Shown here: in pieces, positions 5,670-14,017 of the stretch
How positions within the stretch are numbered: position 1 is the first letter of the stretch
Layout: the number at the start of each line of letters is the position of its first letter
Assembly: GCA_044356455.1 (NCBI GenBank)
Contig: JBIKWF010000108.1
Location: 1 to 15,011, forward strand
DNA: 15,011 nucleotides
Direction of reading: 5' to 3'
Source of the DNA: Bdellovibrionota bacterium
Lineage (GTDB): Bacteria > Bdellovibrionota_C > UBA2361 > JBGSMV01
Program-made: the position numbers and the translations under genes
Notes under the pieces: generated by a model
Told to the model about the DNA's origin: nothing
Database searches by the model: none
What the model saw: the letters and a program-made list of their open reading frames with translations, nothing else

Positions 5670-7214
5670 ATGACAGCCCCCTCTCCCGACCCCACCCCAG
5701 ACGATCAATCCCGCAGGGAACCTGACCGCTCGGATGGTCTCGGATCTCCGGCCCTCTCACCCGAGCAAAAACGAACCGCCTTACAAGAGGGAAGAGAGCG
5801 TCTCACCTCTTGCTTTCGGATAAGCGCGCCCCTTAAGGGGTGGTCCCTCTTTACTGAGGAGCAAATCACCGAACTTAAAGATTTCTGGAGCGATGCGCTA
5901 CGAGCATACTCTTTATACGAGCTTGACAGCGAAACGCCAGGAGCTCTTAATGAGCTCCAAGTTCATTTCCTCTCGGCTGCGGAAGATGATGATGCAATCT
6001 ATTTCCTCGTCTGCCTTGAGGATACTGCACAAGTCACTGCGGTTGCCGTGGGTCAACAGAACAAGCTAGTCCCCCTCTCCTACGGAGCCCACGTCGCCCG
6101 CCTGATTGCGCTGCCTCGGAGTTCATCGCCGGAGATACTCGAAAGCGCGGTAGACTTAGAGACGGAGGACTCTCCAGTAGGTGAAATGCTGCTCATTGAT
6201 CCTCAAAGTATCGCCTTAGAAGCGCGGCGCTTGGGGGCCGGGGATCTCTCGGGGCTCCTTGGCGACTTGTTTCTGGCGTCCCTCGAAGATGCTAAGGGAG
6301 AGGCCACTCTGCCCGAGAACAGCTGGGAGATATCCCCAGGCTGCTTTGCCAAAGAAGAGCGCGGGTTCTACTCCTTTGCCTTTGCGGGAAAGGAAAGCGG
6401 ATCTTACTTTTTTGATATCCAGCACGAGCCGGGAAGCAATTTTTTAATCTATAGTCTTTGTGCCCCTCGAGCCCCTCAAAACAGCCCCCCCGCTTCCCAG
6501 GGTCAGAGAATTCCGCAAGGCACACTCGTTCCTTCAATCTCTCCCGCAAGGGCGCTGCACGAGCTTGGATATCATGAGATTGAGTCTCTCCCTGTGCCAG
6601 GAGGCTCTCCTCCGGCAGAAATCTTTCAGAATGGGATACGATCCCTGCTTAAAGACTGGGCACCAAGTATGCCTTGGCGTGTGCAGTACGAGGCCTGCTT
6701 TGCGAAACCATCCGACCCCGAGGGGAAAATCCTGATCCACGCCTCTGTACGTGGGGGAAACAACGCTTTCCTCCTTCCCTTCCTTAAAGGCAATGCCTGT
6801 GTTGTGAGCAGCAAGGCTCTTGGCCTACTCATTGAAGCCCGGCGAGAGCAAGTAACGCCAACCACGGTCCGCCTCTGCTACCAACCAAGAATGGTTTTTC
6901 TTGGACCTCAAGGGCAACTTGAAGATTTCCTGGCGCAGAGCCTCACCGATCTCCCTAATTCCCTCCTTGGAGCTTTTGCCCTTAGCGCCATCAAGCAGCA
7001 TTTGGACAAGAGAAGTATCAAATGGCTTTCGGGTAACAACTACGGACATGTGCTCTCGTCACTGTGTGAAAGAGACGAAACATGCGCGGGACTACTTTGC
7101 TTTCACTTGTTAGGCGCACACAAATTACTGATTCAAACTCTCGCCGGCGGACTCCTTGATCTTGCGACAGGAGTTCAGCCGCAGGTTCTGTACCCGGAAC
7201 TGCCTCCTTTCTAA
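5670..7214 (+). CDS. Hypothetical protein (about 514 aa), no recognisable family
   Basis: Long ORF with no competing long ORF. First ATG at 5670 (the ORF track starts at TTG 5658). Pro/Ser/Asp-rich N-terminus. Confidence 0.8.
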   Translation: MTAPSPDPTPDDQSRREPDRSDGLGSPALSPEQKRTALQEGRERLTSCFRISAPLKGWSLFTEEQITELKDFWSDALRAYSLYELDSETPGALNELQVHFLSAAEDDDAIYFLVCLEDTAQVTAVAVGQQNKLVPLSYGAHVARLIALPRSSSPEILESAVDLETEDSPVGEMLLIDPQSIALEARRLGAGDLSGLLGDLFLASLEDAKGEATLPENSWEISPGCFAKEERGFYSFAFAGKESGSYFFDIQHEPGSNFLIYSLCAPRAPQNSPPASQGQRIPQGTLVPSISPARALHELGYHEIESLPVPGGSPPAEIFQNGIRSLLKDWAPSMPWRVQYEACFAKPSDPEGKILIHASVRGGNNAFLLPFLKGNACVVSSKALGLLIEARREQVTPTTVRLCYQPRMVFLGPQGQLEDFLAQSLTDLPNSLLGAFALSAIKQHLDKRSIKWLSGNNYGHVLSSLCERDETCAGLLCFHLLGAHKLLIQTLAGGLLDLATGVQPQVLYPELPPF

Positions 7215-7218
7215 GCAG

Positions 7219-10200
7219 CTATTTCAGCAAGCTCGCATAGAGCTCATCGCTCTGCTGAGCTGCGTGCAAGGCCACTTTAATGAGAGTCTCATCATCGAGA
7301 CCATCAACCTCATCGGTAAGTGGATGCGCCGCCAGAAAATCAAGCGCCAAACGATAATCATAGAAGGCGAGCACCCTGCTTTGAGCCTCACGCCTTGAAA
7401 TCACATCGAGATAGAGATGCTGGGGGAGAAGTCCCATTCTTAAATAAAGAGCACTAGCCGCGGCAGAGTTTTTCACTAAGAGTTCCTGAGGGTTCTCTTT
7501 AAGACGAACGACCCCCTTACTCATCACGGAGACCTCAGCCCCAGGAGGCGTCTTAGAAGCAGCCCTCTCTGCCTGTGTAAGCACGTCGCTAAAAAGCGCG
7601 CAAAAGACATTCTCATGGGTGCGAATAAGCCCCTTTCTCAAATGGCGAAGTGAATCTCTTGCTGCCTTGAGATGTGCGGCGAAATCTTCGCGGTTTTGCG
7701 CCGAGGAAGCGATTTTTACGATGTCCCGCGTTGCCGTCTTAAGAATAGATCTTGTTGGCATAACGAAGTCTACTTTCCCAGGCCCCCAAAGAGCGCCCAA
7801 AGTCTTGCTTTCAAGATACGAGCGCTGAACTGCCGCAACTTCAGAGCTGAGAATCCCAAGAGCTATTTTGTCTGGTGACTCACTGGCTCGGAGCCGCGAA
7901 AGCACTTCGCCGCTACACTCCTCTGCTCGAATCGATACCATCTGTGTATAGGCACAATTGAGAAGAATCTGGGCGGCAATCGGTGGTAGCCCAGTAGGCT
8001 GCAAATGGGGGTAATGGGGAGAGCGGAAAAGAACACAGAGCTCGAGGAGAACTTCATAGGCATCAAGCTCAGCACCTGACTTGACGCGGTCGTTCATATG
8101 TTGACCTAACACCGTCAAGCAGCCAGCAAGGCAGCGCGGCGCAGCTAAGGCAAAATGTCTATGAGCTTCTCTCAAAAAGAGCGCATCGCGAGGACTCGCT
8201 CGCTTTAAAAGCCCCTCGCGAAAGCGCAGATACGCCTGAATTTCAGGCGACTGCGCTGCTTCAGCCGCCAATCTTTCATAATGACCATACATTTTCGCTG
8301 AAGTTGTGGAGAGCTCATCTCCAAACGCCAAGAGTCCCGCCTGCCCCTCGGGTAGCCTTGCGTTAAAATCTCTCGCGATTCTCTCAACAATCGAGGGCAG
8401 CCCGTTCCGATACACGCGTCCGAGCTCTAAAAGCTCCTGATCAATTCTTATCCCAAGGTCCTTTATCTTCTCGACCTTTGGATCCTTATCCGATTCACCA
8501 AAAGCCTGGGGCGAGAATGAAAGACCTCCTGAAGCCTCTCGCAGATGAGTCGTGGGACGTAGAACCGGGGCCGGGGCAGCAGTGCTGCGCAGGGTTGACC
8601 CGCGAGAACGCTCGAGACTCTTTTTATAAGTATCCAGCATGCGCCACTCGTGCGCCACAAGCTCATCCTCGGAATACAACAGTTCTTTTGAGGGGAGAAG
8701 GTCGGAGGCCAACTCAAGATAGGGTCTCGCCTGCATCATGAAGCGCTCATACACGCGCTTCTCTTCAGCGGCCAAGTCGGCTCGTACTCGGTCCTGGACC
8801 GTTGAAAACGCAGCAAGAAGGGCAGAGTTCTGGTGCGCCCACTCTTCAGGCGCGCTTCTTCGCTTTGACAGCCTCTCAATCGCAGAAGCTTCCTTCGCGA
8901 TAAGCACACGTAAGACGGCTTCTTCAAAACGACCGGAATCGCTTAAGAGAACTCCTTCAATAAGGCTAAGCTCATCTGAGCCAATCCTCGCAACCGAAAC
9001 ACCAGTAAGCTCACCATAGAGCTCCTTCAAAAGCCCCTCCCGGGCAGTCGAGAGAGTACGCTCGACAATCTTCAAACGGAGCTGTTCACTGGCGCGTTCC
9101 TCATCCGTGAGTTCTTGAGGACTTCCCAATATTCTTTGCTCCTCGGCGGACGTGAACCCCCTCCCCGCCTGCACACGCGCAAGAAGTACTTCAACTTTCT
9201 CGGCTATCTGCTCACCACTTTTCCCAATACGCTCGAGCCAAGAAGTGAGATCTTTAAGGGTATGAGTGTTCCCTGCTTCAGTCGCCTGATCCACAACCCG
9301 TAGGAGTCGAATGAGAAGATCGGAATGCTGCTCCTCTTGAGCGATGAGATCTTCTATTGAGACGTAGCGCAAACTTTGCCCCAGTCTCCTGCCAAGTGCT
9401 CCGAGTTCCACAAGCCCGAGAGCCTCTGCCTCAGCGTCGAGACTAACATTGGAGTCGATGGCCAAGCGCATCAAGGGACAGGGGTGCCGATAGACAACCG
9501 TGACATGTCCCGGAAGTCCCGTGCGCCTTTCATAGGCACAGAGCTGCGCAAGCGCAGAACGACAGATGTTCTCGTAAGAGTTTCGAAATTTTGCTTCGAC
9601 AATCTCCTCTCCCACTAAGAAATCAAGAAATACATGCGAATGAGGGTGACCCTCAAAATCTTTATAGGCAATCGGAAGTTGCACCTGCCTCTTCACCGCA
9701 AGTTCTTCATAATGCAGCGCAAGATATACCCCCACATAGGACTCAAAGAGATTTCCCTTAAGGAAGCGGTCCAAAGAGAGCTCAAGAGAAAGGGAATTTT
9801 TAATACGCTCGACCTCAAAGACAAGGGCGCGTTTGCGCTTGTCCTCTGTCGCTTCTGGAGTGCTGCTCGCAGCCTGCTCCGCGAGGGCACCGAAATGGTA
9901 GCTCACCTGAGCAGGACTAAGTTCAAGCTTAAAATCACGCTTCACGATCAAAAGCGCCTCGTCTCTAGACATGAGTCCCTGGGCAACGAGTTCTTTGAAT
10001 GTTTCAATAACCTTGCGCGCCTCTTGAGGAATGCGCCGATAGAGGCTGGGACTTTGAATGGAATTTACAATCTTAATTCCCTCGCGCGTGAGTTTTTCGT
10101 TGACCTCTCGCACGAGATCGTCAAATCCCTCAGGGAAGCGCTCGATTGACCACGCCACGCGGTCTTGGCGGCGAAATGCCGACTTGTAAAAGCGCGCAAA

Positions 10201-10359
10201 GGCGCCGCCCAAGTCAATCAAAGTTGTAGGACGAAGCTCCTCGCGCAAAGTTCCCTTGCGATACAAATCAACAAGATCAGAAAGGACCGACTCAATCGCG
10301 TCGCCCTTTGCCGGGTCCCAGGTGATGCGGGAGTTGGAAGAAGTTACTTCGCGTGACAT
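7219..10359 (-). CDS. Large hypothetical protein (1046 aa) with an internal GxxExxY-like PD-(D/E)xK nuclease domain and a long helical C-terminal region
   Basis: 3.1-kb ORF. Residues ~202-290: GNLFESY...VKRQVQLPIAYK...FLDFLVGEEIVEAK...AQLCAYERRTGLPG, which follows the GxxExxY/PDDEXK_3 pattern (v-rQv-lpv-Yk...r-Dllv---vivElK...aQl-nYlk-tgl--G). Confidence 0.85.
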   Translation of the reverse strand: MSREVTSSNSRITWDPAKGDAIESVLSDLVDLYRKGTLREELRPTTLIDLGGAFARFYKSAFRRQDRVAWSIERFPEGFDDLVREVNEKLTREGIKIVNSIQSPSLYRRIPQEARKVIETFKELVAQGLMSRDEALLIVKRDFKLELSPAQVSYHFGALAEQAASSTPEATEDKRKRALVFEVERIKNSLSLELSLDRFLKGNLFESYVGVYLALHYEELAVKRQVQLPIAYKDFEGHPHSHVFLDFLVGEEIVEAKFRNSYENICRSALAQLCAYERRTGLPGHVTVVYRHPCPLMRLAIDSNVSLDAEAEALGLVELGALGRRLGQSLRYVSIEDLIAQEEQHSDLLIRLLRVVDQATEAGNTHTLKDLTSWLERIGKSGEQIAEKVEVLLARVQAGRGFTSAEEQRILGSPQELTDEERASEQLRLKIVERTLSTAREGLLKELYGELTGVSVARIGSDELSLIEGVLLSDSGRFEEAVLRVLIAKEASAIERLSKRRSAPEEWAHQNSALLAAFSTVQDRVRADLAAEEKRVYERFMMQARPYLELASDLLPSKELLYSEDELVAHEWRMLDTYKKSLERSRGSTLRSTAAPAPVLRPTTHLREASGGLSFSPQAFGESDKDPKVEKIKDLGIRIDQELLELGRVYRNGLPSIVERIARDFNARLPEGQAGLLAFGDELSTTSAKMYGHYERLAAEAAQSPEIQAYLRFREGLLKRASPRDALFLREAHRHFALAAPRCLAGCLTVLGQHMNDRVKSGAELDAYEVLLELCVLFRSPHYPHLQPTGLPPIAAQILLNCAYTQMVSIRAEECSGEVLSRLRASESPDKIALGILSSEVAAVQRSYLESKTLGALWGPGKVDFVMPTRSILKTATRDIVKIASSAQNREDFAAHLKAARDSLRHLRKGLIRTHENVFCALFSDVLTQAERAASKTPPGAEVSVMSKGVVRLKENPQELLVKNSAAASALYLRMGLLPQHLYLDVISRREAQSRVLAFYDYRLALDFLAAHPLTDEVDGLDDETLIKVALHAAQQSDELYASLLK

Positions 10360-10480
10360 CTCTTTGCCTTGCGCTCACTGCTCTGGCGCGGCAAGGAGTC
10401 TAGCAAGAGACAAAAACCTAAGCTTGCGGCGGCTCGCGATTGAGGAGAAGGCGGTTTAGAGGCTGATTTCAGCTAATTAC

Positions 10481-10642
10481 CTCATCCCCTGGTCACGCTG
10501 GGCGTGAATAATTTCAGGCGCTTATCATTGGCCTCAGTTGATTGCCACAGGTCTGACCGTACCAAAGGTGCGAGCATTAGCTTAGGTTTTTCCCGGGAAG
10601 TACACTCAGCGGTTGATGACACGTTACGGGTGACCCAATGAG
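10481..10642 (+). ncRNA. Candidate rod-shaped structured RNA (6S-like topology, identity unconfirmed)
   Basis: Nested pairings: CTCAT 10481-85 with ATGAG 10638-42; GGTCAC 10491-96 with GTGACC 10630-35; CGTG 10503-06 with CACG 10620-23; GGCCTCAGTTGATTGC 10530-45 with GCATTAGCTTAGGTT 10574-88, where G-U pairs favour the + strand. A poorly paired central region carries a small TTCCCGGGAA palindrome. Confidence 0.35.
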
Positions 10643-11228
10643 CAGAATGAATCATGACGCTGGCGGCAGCGAGGCACGCTTTGGAACCCATATCCTCCAC
10701 TTTCCAAAGGCAACGCGTTGGACGAGTCCATTCGCTGTGGAATGCTTGCGTCAGCAGCTACAGCTAATGCCGGGACTGAAAGTAGAGTTTGACGCCCCCA
10801 AAGGCTGGAGTCCTCTCCCGCTTAACTCTCCCGATGGAAAGTTTTCAATATTTTCACCAGCAAGGAATGCGACTCTCATGTTGTCGGCAGGAGTGCTTCT
10901 GCCTGGGGCAAAACTCGATATGATCGCAGGAAGTCCTTTTATAAAATATCAACAGGCGGGGGCAACCTCTCCTGTTGTGGTGACGACTCCTATAGTTACT
11001 GCTGATCATTTACAAGGTCACCAAATTCACGGACCATTAATGTTTCCGGGCAACCTTCTTGGAATGTCAAACATACCGCATGTGCCAATGTTTAAGCTCA
11101 CTACCGTGATCGCAAAGGGCAGCCATTGGTTTTCATTCGAAACCCAAGCATGGGGGGCCGAATTGAATATCCCTACCGAAGTAGCCGCTCAAATGGAGCT
11201 GTATAGTCGCTTAAAGGTAGTGAGCTAG
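10638..11228 (+). CDS. Hypothetical protein, possibly PsbP/DcrB-like fold
   Basis: 196-aa ORF. VEFDAPKGWS resembles the f-f--P-gW opening of PsbP-like domains. Beta-rich C-terminus (LTTVIAKGSHWFSFETQA). The fold call is weak. Confidence 0.6.
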   Translation: MSRMNHDAGGSEARFGTHILHFPKATRWTSPFAVECLRQQLQLMPGLKVEFDAPKGWSPLPLNSPDGKFSIFSPARNATLMLSAGVLLPGAKLDMIAGSPFIKYQQAGATSPVVVTTPIVTADHLQGHQIHGPLMFPGNLLGMSNIPHVPMFKLTTVIAKGSHWFSFETQAWGAELNIPTEVAAQMELYSRLKVVS

Positions 11229-11314
11229 GACACAGGTAACAAGACAATCCCGTTTTAACATCCGATAGGCCACCGCCAAAAAGCGGCTTGCGCTCCGAAA
11301 GCCCCGTCGACCCC

Positions 11315-11800
11315 ATGTCCGAGCTTATAAAAAAGTTTAAATGCGGCTCGATTCTTGAATTCGACCAGGGGCGCTTTGACGGCTGGTGCATCTACCACAC
11401 TGCGCCAGGCTCGCCGCGGATGGCTATCAAAGACATAGAGATTTTTGGAGAGCTAGAGCTTATTGGTTGGAGGGTAGGCGCGCTGAAGCTGTATCAGGAA
11501 TTCTGCTACATTTACCTGAGAACCAACTCGCTTCTTAGCGCAAAAATAGTAGCTGAGATTTCTGACCTTAGTCTCAAATACGGAGCAGTATCAGAACGAG
11601 TGGATTACTTGCTTACATGCCTCTACGCTGGAATGGTTGCCGAAGAAAACAAAGCTGGTGCCGTTCTTCGAAAGCGAGTGAAACGCCTTGGCGTTCATCA
11701 GCTCCTCGTGGAGGAACGCCCCCCTAGTTACGCCGCAAATTTTAGCCGCGGGAAGCCGTCTCAAGAGCTCATGATAGAATGCGAGGTTCGGGGGTTCTAA
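11315..11800 (+). CDS. Conserved hypothetical protein, DUF7004-like
   Basis: Motifs FDQGRFDGWCIY, LYAGMVAEENK, LRKRVKRLGVHQLL, AANFSRGK and a terminal GF match my recollection of this family. ATG at 11315 is in frame with the track's TTG 11288. Confidence 0.75.
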   Translation: MSELIKKFKCGSILEFDQGRFDGWCIYHTAPGSPRMAIKDIEIFGELELIGWRVGALKLYQEFCYIYLRTNSLLSAKIVAEISDLSLKYGAVSERVDYLLTCLYAGMVAEENKAGAVLRKRVKRLGVHQLLVEERPPSYAANFSRGKPSQELMIECEVRGF

Positions 11801-11801
11801 G

Positions 11802-12197
11802 CGAGGTCAGAAAATAGCAGGCGCAAACCGCTCCTCGGCATTAGAAGACTTTAAGCACCGCATCGCCAAGCTCAATGAATACGTCCAAGGATGGTTCGGA
11901 TACTTCGGTATCTCCCAGTTCTGGACACCGATTGAACCGCTCGACCAGTGGATTCGCAGACGCCTACGGATGGGCCTCTGGAAACAATGGCGCTTCGTGC
12001 GCACCAAAGTCAGAGAACTTGCAAAGCTCGGCGCGGAGGTCAATGACACCATTCGCCTCGCCTTCAAGAACCACGCTCCTTGGTGGTGCTCAGACACTCG
12101 CGAAGTTCAGTTCGCTCTCGATAACAACTACTTTCACAAACACTTGGGGCTTGTCTCGATTAGAGAACTTTGGATTCAGGTGCACTATCCCTCTTGA
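11802..12197 (+). pseudogene. Group II intron reverse transcriptase/maturase C-terminal fragment (domain X / GIIM)
   Basis: In-frame translation RGQKI...ALEDFKHRIAKLNEYVQGWFGYFGISQFWTPIEPLDQWIRRRLRMGLWKQWRFVRTKVRELAKLG...LGLVSIRELW matches IIC maturases. No RT core (no YADD) and no start codon. Confidence 0.88.
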
Positions 12198-12276
12198 AAC
12201 GCCCGGTCCGAGCGGCACGTCGGGTGTTGTGGGGATTGAGAACTCTAGCGTTTGCTAGGGTTCTCGATTACCCGAC
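12196..12276 (+). ncRNA. Group IIC intron domains V and VI (3' end of intron)
   Basis: GAAACGCCCGGT-CCGAGCGGC-AC-GTCGGGTGTT is a short DV with a CGC triad and AC bulge. DVI is GGGATTGAGAACTCTAGC-GTTT-GCTAGGGTTCTCGATT-A-CCC, with the bulged branch A at 12270 and terminal AC at 12275-76. It directly follows the maturase stop. Confidence 0.88.
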
Positions 12277-12281
12277 TAAAC

Positions 12282-12923
12282 TTACCTCTGGCAAAAACGC
12301 GACAATTCCTTTCCACCTTTACAAAAGTAGTGTGCCGAGTTCACTCTAAACGCTATGTCATGTCTCACCCGATAAAGCTTCGAGTCCGGAGGAACCTTGG
12401 TTGATATATCACCATGAATTGCGCCGCCTGAGCTAACTTCATAAATTTGACTCTTCCATTCCACGTTCGCTCGCCAATCAAAATCGCCCTCTCGCCCGTA
12501 CTCTTCGTAATGAAAGATGATCTTACTCCCATCTTCATGACGTGCACCCCAATTCTTATAGTCACTTTGATCAAAACGACGATCCGTTTTAATTTCATCC
12601 TCGCGCAGTTCAGAGAAACCGCCAGCGTACGACGCGCACATATAATCGTAAAATGTCTCCTGAAGGCGCGGACTTGTGGGAAATAAACTATCCACGGCCC
12701 GAGTAAAGCAATCCGCTTGAGAGGATGTAAGCGTTTTTTTCTTAAGCACCTCCGAGTATAGCGTTTCCAGAAATAACCCTATGGGCGAACCAGGAGTTAG
12801 TTCAGGCAAATCATCAGCGTGCCTATGCTTTTCTATTAAATTGGGGTAGCTAATCTGGGCGAATTGGAGAAGTTCTTCCGCACGATGCCTTACAAACTCC
12901 TCTCTTTCCTGGTCTGACACCAT
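12282..12923 (-). CDS. Hypothetical protein (213 aa)
   Basis: ATG-initiated ORF with globular, charged composition. Possible RBS (AAGGA) upstream. No recognisable motif. Confidence 0.7.
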   Translation of the reverse strand: MVSDQEREEFVRHRAEELLQFAQISYPNLIEKHRHADDLPELTPGSPIGLFLETLYSEVLKKKTLTSSQADCFTRAVDSLFPTSPRLQETFYDYMCASYAGGFSELREDEIKTDRRFDQSDYKNWGARHEDGSKIIFHYEEYGREGDFDWRANVEWKSQIYEVSSGGAIHGDISTKVPPDSKLYRVRHDIAFRVNSAHYFCKGGKELSRFCQR

Positions 12924-13080
12924 AGCTTAGTTTCCTTGGGTAAGTTTAACATGTTGTGGATCTGACTCTACAGAATCCCGGCGCGGTACTCCATCCTGGT
13001 AAAATGGCCCAAACTGCATTCCGCTGCGCATCACAAATGACTAATAAGATCGACCATCTACTTGAGGCGTCGGGCAGCTT

Positions 13081-13164
13081 CTTTGATCTCCCAAGATAGC
13101 GCTATCCGGGGAGATCAAAGCCAGCGATTGATCAGTTCATTGCAGCAAGATCTCCCCGGATGGC
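13081..13164. repeat. Palindrome with a third, alternative arm
   Basis: 13081-13120 CTTTGATCTCCC-AA-GATAGCGCTATC-CG-GGGAGATCAAAG is a near-perfect palindrome. 13149-13164 GATCTCCCCGGATGGC is the reverse complement of 13101-13116 at 15/16. Confidence 0.7.
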
Positions 13165-13336
13165 AACTTTCATGTGCCAGTTCCGATTACCCGCAATGAC
13201 AAGATCGCATTTCCCATCAAACGCCCAAAATCCAAAGCTCTTGAACTAAATCCGAATCCTTCTTCGTTCCCGTCCTTACTCGCTTGCCACCGAAATAAGT
13301 TGTTTGAGCGACACTAGTAGGTGGCTACAGGGCAGT

Positions 13337-13376
13337 CTACGACGACGCTGACGCTCCACCGTCAACGTCGTCGTAG
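13337..13376 (-). terminator. Strong stem-loop 3' of the GNAT gene (terminator-like or RNA-stabilising hairpin)
   Basis: 17-bp stem CTACGACGACG-n-TGACG / CGTCA-n-CGTCGTCGTAG with a 6-nt loop. The single mismatch is a G-U pair on the minus strand. It lies 17 nt after the stop. No U-tract, so terminator function is uncertain. Confidence 0.45.
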
Positions 13377-13393
13377 TGCACGGCACACAAGTT

Positions 13394-13991
13394 CTAACTA
13401 AGCCGCGGGAAAGCCGCCTGCACGAGTGGATCGATATCCCTCAACTCCTTGACCATCAGATATTCGTCAAATAGCGCTGTCCCAACTTTAAGCGCTCCAG
13501 GATCTGTTCCGTAAGTACGGAACCCAAGTGCTATATAAAGATTAACGGCGGTCTCATTTGAAGTGACAACAGCCAAATGAACTTGCTCTAGTCCAGATAT
13601 TCTGCCTGCGCGCAACAGGCACTCGTTCATGAGACTCCGACCAACCCCCTTCCCGCGGGCAACAGGAGCGACATACATTCCCCACACAAGAGCCCGATGC
13701 TCCATCTTTTCTCCGTCTTGCCTCGCCAGACCTACGATCCCTACGAGCGAACCATCAGCGAGAAACGCACCTAGTATAAATCCGCCACGATCCTCTGATG
13801 CTCTGAGTCGCGCAGCAATGTGCCCCGGGGAGACCGTCTTAAAGTGTTCGGCGGTTTCACCGAAAGCTTCGGGATGAGCATGAAGTCCATGCTAATCTTA
13901 AAGCGTGGAAAGCCGTAATATCCTGTTCTGCAACGGATCGAATAGTATAACTAACTCGCTCCGCTGATTCCCGTCTCGCTGGTTTCATCAT
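13394..13991 (-). pseudogene. GNAT-family N-acetyltransferase with a +1 frameshift
   Basis: The first frame reads ...YTIRSVAEQDITAFHALRLA. After one extra base at ~13889 the sequence continues GLHAHPEAFGETAEHF...LVGIVGL...KMEHRALVWGMYVAPVARGKGVGRSL...VVTSNETAVNLYIALGF, with the acetyl-CoA motif RGKGVG. Confidence 0.85.
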
Positions 13992-14017
13992 AGCGACTTA
14001 AAGGATTATGGCAAAAA

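Noticed and set aside
11802..12197. Retron, DGR or defence-associated reverse transcriptase
   Set aside because: There is no RT catalytic core, and the adjacent DV/DVI identify it as a group II intron fragment.
11807..12258. ORFs 11807-12097 (-) and 11875-12258 (+)
   Set aside because: They are alternative frames over the group II intron remnant. The maturase frame explains the region.
13391..13954. Integron gene cassette/attC around the GNAT gene (GTTAG-like cores, TAACTAA at 13395 and 13948)
   Set aside because: There is no paired R''/R' and L''/L' attC structure. The 7-bp direct repeat is short enough to be chance, and no integrase is present.
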